Below, one piece after another: positions 54,780 through 64,000 of a DNA stretch of 64,000 bases. The translations under genes and the position numbers were made by a program. Each line of letters starts with the position of its first letter. Positions within the stretch are counted from its first letter, which is position 1. The notes below the pieces were generated by a model that saw nothing but the letters and a program-made list of their open reading frames with translations, ran no database searches and was not told where the DNA came from. This stretch comes from Octopus vulgaris (Eukaryota): NCBI GenBank assembly GCA_951406725.2, contig OX597842.1:12152001-12216000 (forward strand), in the 5' to 3' direction.

Positions 54780-54832
54780 TTCTGATACATATATATACAT
54801 ATATGTTTGTGTTTATATGTATATATATATAT

Positions 54833-55228
54833 AGGAGTGGCTGTGTGGTAAGTAGCTTGTTTACCAACCACATGGTTCCGGGTTCAGTCCCACTGCGTGG
54901 CACCTTGGGTAAGTGTCTTCTACTATAGCCTCGGGCCGACCAATGCCTTGTGAGTGGATTTGGAAACTGAAAGAAGCCCGTCGTATATATGTATATATAT
55001 GTATGTATGTGTGTATGTTTGTGTGTCTGTGTTTGTCCCCCTAGCATTGCTTGACAACCGATGCTGGTGTGTTTATGTCGCCGTCACTTAGCGGTTCGGC
55101 AAAAGATACCGATAGAATAAGTACTGGGCTTACAAAGAATAAGTCTCGGGGTTGATTTGCTCGACTAAAGGCGGTGCTCCCGCATGGCCGCAGTCAAATG
55201 ACTGAAACAAGTAAAAGAGTAAAAGAGT
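54833..55228 (+). mobile_element. SINE family 1
   Basis: Near full-length copy. Confidence 0.9.
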
Positions 55229-55326
55229 ATAATATATACAGAGTACGTAAGGTATTTGAGGACATACATTTTTGGGGGACATTGCTGCATCTTTTGCTGA
55301 CTCTGTACAATCTTTGTCTTAGAAAA

Positions 55327-56025
55327 TGATAAAGGCAGACCCTCAGCCTAGTCAAGAAATGAAGAGGTATGCTATTATTGTGGCTATATAGGCTGAGCAT
55401 AGTGTTTTAGAAATATCTCGATTTTTGAAATTTGTCAGATCCTTCGTCTGCAAAGTTTGTAAGGCGCTAGAGACTGAAAATGATAACATGTCATCATTAT
55501 CAAAGCATAAAAAGCATTCTAAAAGCTCTGAAATAATCAGAACACATGAATTTATCCTGTAAGTTCAACAGATCATATTTTACAATCCTCGAAAGTCCAT
55601 GAAGTCAATTGCAAAAGATCTCAATATATCAGAAGGAAAAGTCAGAAATGTTGTTCACGAAGACATCAGATATAAATCTTTCCTGATGAGGAAAGGTCAA
55701 TTTGTCAGAAAAATCGAAAGAAAATCACTACATCAGATCTAAAAAGTTCTTATACAAACTGAAAAAATCTAGCAGATGATTCGACGTCGTTTTTCCCAAA
55801 CGAGAAAATCTTCGACCAAGATCAAAAAGTTAAAAGAACAAATGACAGTTATTTGGAGACCCTTCTGGAGTTCCAAGTGTTATGCACACAAAATTGTTTG
55901 AAACTGTCATGGTTTAGGGGTTATCAGTAATGAACGACATGTGAGGCCTCCTTCTTTCCACAAGGCCTTAGAGTTAACTCTGACACCTACATTGGGGTCC
56001 TGGAAATAATTGTTAAGCCCTGGAC
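55327..56025 (+). pseudogene. Degenerate Tc1/mariner-superfamily transposase (maT-like), N-terminal and first catalytic region
   Basis: Broken frames: NPRKSMKSIAKDLNISEGKVRNVVHEDIRYKSF, NEKIFDQDQKV, VPSVMHTK, GVISNE, FPQGLRVNSDTYIGVLEIIVKPW. Confidence 0.75.
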
Positions 56026-56261
56026 AATGAATTCCTAAATACAACAACATCTGTTTCAACACACGGTTTCACATCAAGAATCTTGCAAAACAAATATATA
56101 GACAGACACATGGATAAATAAAAAGAGAGAAAGATAGATAGGTAGATGAGTTGATAGAAAGATAGATAGATAAATAGATGAATAGAGAGATACAGAGACA
56201 GACAGACAGAGAGATAGATAGACATACATATGAAAAAATAGACAGAAAGAAAGAAAGATAA

Positions 56262-56743
56262 GTTTCTTTATTGGCCACACAGGGCTGCACACAGATGGGA
56301 CAAGTTACAAGGTAGAGCTTTTCTTTTGGGGGATGAAAAAAAATGGCGTAGGTTTTCGATCAAAAGGGATCGTAAAAGGAAAAAATTGAAAAAAAAAGGA
56401 AAAGAAACAAAAGAAAAGAAAAAGAAAGAAGAGGAAGAAAGAGGAAGAAAAAAACGATCAATAGGGATCGTGTATCACAGTGTCATGATGTACGGTGTAA
56501 AGGGGAAAGCAAGTAAGGTTTATCCGTGGGAAGAAAAGCCTACGAAAAAGTCCACGGTAACCTCGGTCAATATTGTTATATGTTACCACATTTGTTTGCA
56601 AGTGGGTAACCCTCTGTTTTCAATTTCTGGGTGCATAGGATTATGCTCAAGGTGGCTCCGTCATTCATACCTGTCATCCTTACTACATTCACCCATCTTT
56701 TTTTAAAACATTCGCTAGACAAAACTTGCCTCTCTACTCTCAC
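56262..56743 (-). mobile_element. Probable 3' end of an L1/Tx1-like LINE within a (GATA)-type microsatellite
   Basis: ORF end VRVERQVLSSECFKKRWVNV, pyrimidine-rich 3' UTR, AATAAA at the end. GATA/GAAA repeats on both sides. Confidence 0.5.
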
Positions 56744-56827
<84 letters not shown>

Positions 56828-56962
56828 CAAATAGATAGTTAGATTGATGGTGGATGGATAGATTGATAGATAGACAGTCAGACAGATAGATAGAAAGATA
56901 GATACATAGATAGACAGACAGATGGATAGATAGATAGATAGATCGACAGACAGACAGATGGA

Positions 56963-56994
<32 letters not shown>

Positions 56995-57244
56995 TAGATA
57001 GATAGATAGATAGATAGGAAGATAGATAAATAGATAGATAGATAAATAGATAGGTAGACAGACAGATAGACAGAGAGGGCGAGATAAAAAAAACTAAATA
57101 TGGATGATAGGGTAGAATACCTGTAAACCCGGTCCCGTTTCTAAGCTTTAGGACCTGAAGTCAAATTCAAGATTAACCCTAATTGGTAAACCGAGTAAAA
57201 CCAAATTGAAGTATATTTAGCGAGAAAATATTAGAAAAATATCG

Positions 57245-57403
57245 GGTGGCTGTGTGGTATGATGCTTGCTAACCAGCCACATGGTTCCGGGTTCAGTCCC
57301 ACTGCTTGGCATCTTGGGCAAGTGTCTTCTGCTATAGCCTCGGGCCGACCAATGCCTTGTGAGTGGATTTGGTAGACGGAAACTGAAAGAAGCCTGTCGT
57401 ATA

Positions 57404-57462
<59 letters not shown>

Positions 57463-57678
57463 ATGTGTTTGTGTGTCTGTGTTTGTCCCCCTAGCATTGC
57501 TTGACAACCGATGCTGGTGTATTTACGTCCCCGTCACCTAGAGGTTCGGCAAAAGAGACCGATAGAATAAGTACTGGGCTTACAAAGAATAAGTCCCGGG
57601 GTAGATTTGCTCGACTAAAGGCGATGCTCCAGCATGACCGCAGTCAAATGACTGAAACAAGTAAAAGAGTAAAAGAGT
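57245..57678 (+). mobile_element. SINE family 1
   Basis: Near full-length copy. Confidence 0.9.
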
Positions 57679-57859
57679 AATTTCTCCAGGAAATGCCGTT
57701 TCTCCATTAAGATTTTCGTGCAACATTTCAGGTGTGCTGAGACGGTTTCGAGAAATAAAAGATGGTTCGTTAATTCACGCCGTTCGATATCGTCGTCGTC
57801 TTTGATTTTCCAATAACCAAACCTGGTTCATTGGAGGCCCCAGATTTGGTTTTACTCAG

Positions 57860-58150
57860 TCGAATAACATTGTGATTATGGACGCTAGAAAATCACCACA
57901 ATTTTTCGATAACGATATATGGATTAAGAAAAACGGGGATGGATTCTTCAGTGTCTCTATGGGAGAATATGATTGCGCTGAGGCGAACGAAATTATAGGG
58001 CATGATTTATTGAGAAAATTTCATGAAATGCTTTTTCGGTTCCGCCTTGATAACGGTCTGATCTTTTCCAGGAACTCTAACGATCTTACCTTATATATCT
58101 TCATCTAAAATTTAATAAATGTATTTCGGGAAGCAGGACTCAAACTTTAT
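57860..58150 (+). pseudogene. Degenerate PLE (Naiad-type) RT core fragment
   Basis: IMDARKS..IWIKKNGDGFFSVSMGEYDCAEANEIIG..RLDNGL resembles the Naiad FDVTMGSYDGAE..YRDDGL motifs. Confidence 0.7.
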
Positions 58151-58159
58151 CTTTTACTA

Positions 58160-59163
58160 TACTCTTTACTCTTTTTACTCTTTTACTTGTTTCAGTCATT
58201 AGACTGCGGCCATGCTGGAGCACCGCATTTAGTCGAGCAACTCGACCCCGGGACTTATTCTTTTGTAAGCCCAGTACTTATTCTATCGGTCTCTTTTGCC
58301 GAACCGCTAAGTAACGGGAACATAAACACACCACCATCGGTTGTCAGGCAATGCTAGGGGGACAAACACAGACGCACAAACACACACACGCACTACTATT
58401 ACTATTTTGTTTCAGTCATTTGACTGTGACCATGCTGGAGCACCGCCTTTAGTCGAGCAAATCGACCCCCAGGACTTATTCTTTGTAAGCCTAGTACTTA
58501 TTCTATCGTTCTCTTTTGCCGAACCGCTAAGTGAGGGGGACCTAAAAACACCAGCATCGGTTGTCAAACGATGGTGGGAGGACAAACACAGACACACAAA
58601 CATATATATATACACACACACACACATACATATATATACATATATACGACGGGCTTTTTTCAGTTTCCGTCTACCAAATCCACTCACAAGGCTTTGGTCG
58701 GCCCGAGGCTATAGTAGAAGACACCTGCCCAAGGTGCCACGCAGTGGGAGTCAACCTGTAACCATGTGGTTGGTAAGCAAGCTACTTACCACACAGCCAC
58801 TCCTGCGCCTATATACATATATACGACGGGCTTCTTTTAGTTTCCGTCTTCTAAATCCACTCACAAGGCCTTGGTCGGCCCGAGGCTATAGTAGAAGACA
58901 CTTGCCCAAGGTGCCACGCAGTGGGACTGAACCTGGAACCATGTGGTTGGTAAGCTAGCTACTTACCACACAGCCACTCCTGCGCCTATATACATATATT
59001 CGACGGGCTTCTTTCAGTTTCCGTCTACCAAATCCACTCACAAGGCTTTGGTCGGCCCGAGGCTACAGTAGAAGACACTTGCCCAACGTGCCACGCAGTG
59101 GGACTGAACCTGGAACCATGTGGTTGGTAAGCTAGCTACTTACCACACAGCCACTCCTGCGCC
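58160..59163 (-). mobile_element. SINE family 1 with three tandem 177-bp heads and two bodies
   Basis: Head 5' ends at 58809, 58986 and 59163. Confidence 0.9.
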
Positions 59164-60004
59164 TATCTGTTAATTTTCATGATACAATAACATGACTAGA
59201 CAACAATAGCTTAAGATCAAACAAACGAATGGATAAATTGGTGTATACAGACACAGGTAATCAAATCACAAATTTAGCATCTTGAGGAAGTTGGTTGAGA
59301 AGTTAATTAAAAGTACTGATATCTTTACACGAAGATGCTTTTATAGGGCAGCAGGGTATTTTAATGAAGCGCTCGAAATTAGTTGATTTTCAGATGGGAT
59401 TTGATACGTAAAACCACTGAAAGCGTGCTGCGTTAGAAAATAGAACACAGTAACATCTTATGGTAAAACCCAGTATTTAATCTAGCAGTAAGAAATAATA
59501 TAGCAAGAGAATTCCTTAATTTAAGAGATCACCATTTCCCTCAAGGGCATACGTATATTAAGATATTACGTAGGAGCCTTGCTTAGATTAGTTATTGAGC
59601 TTGTTAGAATTTCAATTGTTAAATACAGTTTTCTTGCTGTTAGGCTAAAGAAGAACATTGGCAAAGAGACCTCATCAGAATTAACCAAGCATATTCTGAA
59701 TTCATAACAATTGCTCATTATGTGGTAGCTGCTTGGAAGAATGGATAGGCTACAGCGATAAAGAAGAGACAAACGGAGAGAGAAAGAGAGAGAGAGATAA
59801 ATTATATATACTGCTGCAAAATAACATTCGAAAATCAATTTTATAAGCACAAATTTCATTTATCAGGTCTGATTAAAAATGTGCTATGACTTTGTTGAAA
59901 ACGAAATGGCTCTTATTTGAGGTGAGTCATCAGGAACATAGGACCATCAATTCGATTGTAGCTGAGATATGACTGTACAGGAAAGATAGGTTCAAAGAGG
60001 TTAA

Positions 60005-60600
60005 GGCGGTGAGCTGGCAGAAACGTTAGCACGCCGGGCGAAATGCGTCGCCGTATTTCATCTGCCGTTACGTTCTGAGTTCAAATTCCGCCGAGGTCGA
60101 CATTGCCTTTCATTCTTTCGGGGTCGATAAATTAAGTACCAGTTACGCACTGGGGACGATATAATCGACTTAATCCGTTTGTCTGTCCTTGTTTGTCCCC
60201 GCTGTGTTTAGCCCCTTGTGGGTAGTAAAGAAATAGGTATATCGTCTGCCATTACGTTGTGAGTTCAATTCCGCCGAGGTCGACATTGCCTTTCATCCTT
60301 TCGGGGTCGATAAATTAAGTACCAGTTACGCACTGGGTTCGATATAATCGACTTAATCCGTTTGTCTGTCCTTGTTTGTCCCCGCTGTGTTTAGCCCCTT
60401 GTGGGTAGTAAAGAAATAGGTATATCGTCTGCCATAACGTTGTGAGTTCAATTCCGCCGAGGTCGACATTGACTTTCATCCTTTCGGGGTCGATAAATTA
60501 AGTACCAGTTACGCACTGGGTCGATATAATCGACTTAATCCGTTTGTCTGTCCTTTTTTTTCGCCTCTATGTTTAGCCCCTTTTGGGCAACAAAGAAATA
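60005..60600 (+). repeat. SINE family 2 trimer (one head, three ~184-bp bodies)
   Basis: Same junction as the 11770 array (aagaaata|ggtat..cgtctgcc). Confidence 0.9.
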
Positions 60601-60611
60601 AGAATGATATT

Positions 60612-60814
60612 CTACTCTTTTCTTTTACTTATTTCAGTCATTTGACTGCGGCCATTTAGTCGAGCAAATCGACCCGGGACATATTCTTTGTAAGCCCAGT
60701 ACTTATTCTATCGGTCACTTTTGCCGAACCGCCAGGTGACGGGGACGTAAGCACACCAGCATCGGTTGTCAAGCAATGCTAGGGGGACAAACACAGACAA
60801 ACACACACACATAC

Positions 60815-60863
<49 letters not shown>

Positions 60864-61210
60864 TACGACAGGCTTCTTTCAGTCTCCGTCTACCAAATCC
60901 ACTCACAATGCATTGGTCGGCCCTGGGCTATAGCAGAAGACACTTGCCCAAGATGCCACGCAGTTGGACTGAACCCGGAATCATGTGGTTGGTTAGCAAG
61001 CTACTTACCACACAGCCACTCCTGCGCCTATATATATATATATATGCGACGGGCTTCTTCCAGTTTCCGTCTACCAAATCCACTCACAAGGCTTTGGTCG
61101 GCCCGAGGCTATAGTAGAAGACACTTGCCCAAGGTGCCACGCAGTGGGACTGAACCCGGAACCATGTGGTTGGTTAGCAAGCTACTTACCACACAGCCAC
61201 TCCTACGCCT
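60612..61210 (-). mobile_element. SINE family 1 with two heads
   Basis: Reverse-complement match. Confidence 0.9.
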
Positions 61211-61229
61211 ATAGGTTCAAATATTTAAA

Positions 61230-61360
61230 AAATACTACAGCATGACATTTATTTGAACGACAAAAATGAATAGTGTTTCAAGGGGTAACAATTTGAACAG
61301 AAGAACTGAATTTATAGGACGTTGTATACATGAAGCTAAATATCATTTGTGTAAGAATCC
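61230..61360 (+). pseudogene. Relic of a PLE GIY-YIG C-terminus
   Basis: NLNRRTEFIGRCIHEAKYHL resembles the LNKRxExxxxCRHxxK terminus; compare LLNKFSEHSPNCMHKK near 17400. Confidence 0.5.
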
Positions 61361-61829
61361 TTGTGCTAGGTTTTTAAAGCAAAACATTATATTCGAAGAG
61401 TTTAAAAAGACAGGTTTTTATAATATTGCTTTAAGCAAAAAACATAATTTCAGTTTTTTATGAGCTTAAAAGTTGAATACAAAGATAACTTTTAAAATAC
61501 GTTTGGAATATTCCGATATTCCGACAAGAGCCAGAAATAAAAGGAAAAACGCGGGTTTGAGATAAATGTTTTCATACAGTAGCGTTCACATAACATTGTA
61601 CAAAAAAAAAAACCCCAGAAAGGTGAACGTTTCTTTGATAGGTTTTGAATAGTATGTGAAAATATATTCAAACGAATTTATAGATAAGTCAAGAGAAGAG
61701 AGACTCGGATTACCCGCTGAATAATTGGAATACTGAAATGCAGAGAAATGGAATCGTGAGCTTCTCAGTTATATTGCAGTGGAACTATGCCGGGTTTATA
61801 CATGGGGTTCTATAAGTAATCGTCTCTTG

Positions 61830-62207
61830 GGGGCTGACGATATGTGCATCTCTGATCACGAGCAGAAGTAGTGGGGGAGCATCATAGCCGTGTGTTGAGA
61901 GGGACTCCTTGGGGTTTGAATAATTCACCTCTGGAAACATGGGTGGTTCTTTCAACATCCTTAAACAACCCTTATTCAGGGACCTTTTGAGCGGGATGGG
62001 CTACTCAACCAGAAGAAAATTCTAACTGGGCCCAACCTGCAAGGTCATGTGCTGTTTATCTTGATATGAGATCACCATGTCGCGCACATATGGTTGTGAT
62101 GCATGTGTCTGGTGTACCTTTATCAGACGGGTAGTCATGATGGGTATACTGGGCTTCGTATATTTTACCCCAGTGTCACTTTGATGGCATGCTCTGCTCT
62201 CTCACTC

Positions 62208-62250
<43 letters not shown>
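61830..62250 (+). mobile_element. 3' end of a non-LTR retroelement with an (AAT)n tail
   Basis: Related fragment at ~6790-6875; ends ctcactc(aat)n. Confidence 0.6.
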
Positions 62251-62251
<1 letters not shown>

Positions 62252-62291
62252 TATAATGGTATATATATATAAATTTATATATGTATATATA

Positions 62292-62485
62292 CTTTATTTA
62301 AAAGCAGCAGAAATTTAACAAAAGCTGTTACTCGGAGTTTCACATTCCAGTTCGTTGGGAACGTGAAACTCCGAGTAACAGCTTTTGTTAAATTTCTGCT
62401 GCTTTTATATAAAGCATATTACTCTAGCTCTGGTATTTGAGTACTCTTTTTTCCACCTTCTTTCACATTTATGTGTTTACTCGGT
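62292..62485. mobile_element. Foldback of family D with a one-sided extension
   Basis: Inverted arms span 62292-62414 and contain GAAACTCCGAGTAACAG. Extension 62415-62485. TA-rich flanks. Confidence 0.8.
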
Positions 62486-63513
62486 ATATATTTATATGAA
62501 TTTATATATGCATATATGTATATAAATATGTTTTTATATATATATACATGAATATGCATGTATATATATGCGTGTGTGTACATATATATGTATATATGGA
62601 CATATACATATATATATATATACATATATATATATACATATATATATATGTATGTATATATGTGTATATATATATATGTATATATATGTATGTGTATGTA
62701 TATATATATATATATTCACACACACACACACACACTCATTAAGTCTATATAGATATCCGTGTTATTACACACTTCGTGTCTCAAAACGAAAACTCTCTCT
62801 ATTAATTACTCTATTAAAGTAATTAAGACGTAAATCATGAGATTACACGTAATTACAGTAAAGTAAGCTGCATCTGAGTTTAGTGCAGAGCTTAAAAATT
62901 TCTAAACACGTCACTTCCGTTTAAAATGTAAGAAAAAAAAAGCGCAAAGTTAACTTTGAATGGTTCTCTTGTCCGCCATCTTAGCATGCCTTTGTAAACT
63001 CGTAAAAACATTTTTCATTTAATATTGTAATTATGCATGCATGTATGTATGTATGTATGTATGTATGTATGTATGTATGTATGTATGTATTTATGTATGT
63101 ATGTATGTATGTATGTATGTATGTATGTATTTATGTATGTATGTATGTATGTATGTATGTATTTATGTATGTATTTATGTATGTATGTATGTATGTATGT
63201 ATGTATGTATGTATGTATTTATGTATGTATGTATGTATGTATGTATGTATGTATGTATGTATTTATGTATGTATGTATGTATGTATGCATGTATGTATGT
63301 ATGTATGTAAGTATGCATGCATGTATGCATGTAAGTATCTATATATATATGTGAGTTTTGTGTATACATACACACATATATATATATATATATGTATATA
63401 TGTACACACATATGCATATATATATACATATATATATATATAATTATATATATAATAATCTCTCTCCCTCTGTCTGTCTGTCTCCCTGTCTCTCTCTCTA
63501 TATATATAAATAC

Positions 63514-63567
<54 letters not shown>

Positions 63568-64000
63568 GTATACACACACACATTTACATAGAATTATGTA
63601 TGTTATATTTTAAACTTTTACATAGAATTACGTATGTTATATTTTACAAGTTAATGTTTGAGTGTATATATATATATATATATACACACTCAAACATGTA
63701 TGTATGTGTTTATGTATATTAATATATTATTTTATGAATGTGTATATTTATAAGCCTGAATTATAATTATATTTGACTGCATATGTGAGTGTGTGTTTGA
63801 GAGTAGGTATGAACATGTCTTATAATACTATATACCTACGCACATATATATATGTGTGTGTATATATATGCATCTACATGTATATATATATATATATATG
63901 AGGTATAAGGAAAGGAAAAATTGTGAGTGTAGACGAACCAATATACATTCGCTCTGTATATGTATGTATATGTGTGCTTACATATGTATATATATATATA

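Noticed and set aside
55682-55700. CTGATGAGGAAA hammerhead-like word
   Set aside because: Lies in transposase coding sequence with no supporting stems.
59670-59940. Two minus-strand CTGATGA words and a 97-aa ORF with a strong acceptor
   Set aside because: No correctly placed GAAA or stems; no clear donor or recognisable protein.
63654-63697. Short inverted repeat around (TA)n
   Set aside because: Only ~12-bp arms in low-complexity DNA; cannot be assigned to an element.

Overview
Eukaryotic, AT-rich, repeat-saturated DNA. The SINE families and (TA)/(TG)/(GATA)/(AAT) microsatellite load suggest an octopus or other cephalopod genome (inference). Almost all listed ORFs are microsatellite or SINE read-throughs. 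Contents: two abundant tRNA-like SINE families (some in tandem arrays), five non-autonomous Helitrons, mariner/Tc1 relics, two TTAA-flanked MITEs, and 3' fragments of RTE, CR1-group and L1/Tx1 LINEs. The most notable content is a set of Penelope-like element (PLE) sequences carrying type I hammerhead ribozyme (HHR) motifs. The main one is a young, 5'-truncated Naiad-type PLE (13960-20421) with RT C-terminus plus GIY-YIG coding sequence between ~2.4-kb near-perfect inverted arms, each with an HHR near its outer end. Next to it is a 132-bp perfect HHR-HHR palindrome with the same asymmetric ends. Other HHR families form similar small foldbacks in (TA)n tracts. A possible minus-strand host gene with small phase-compatible exons may span 8.2-52.3 kb.
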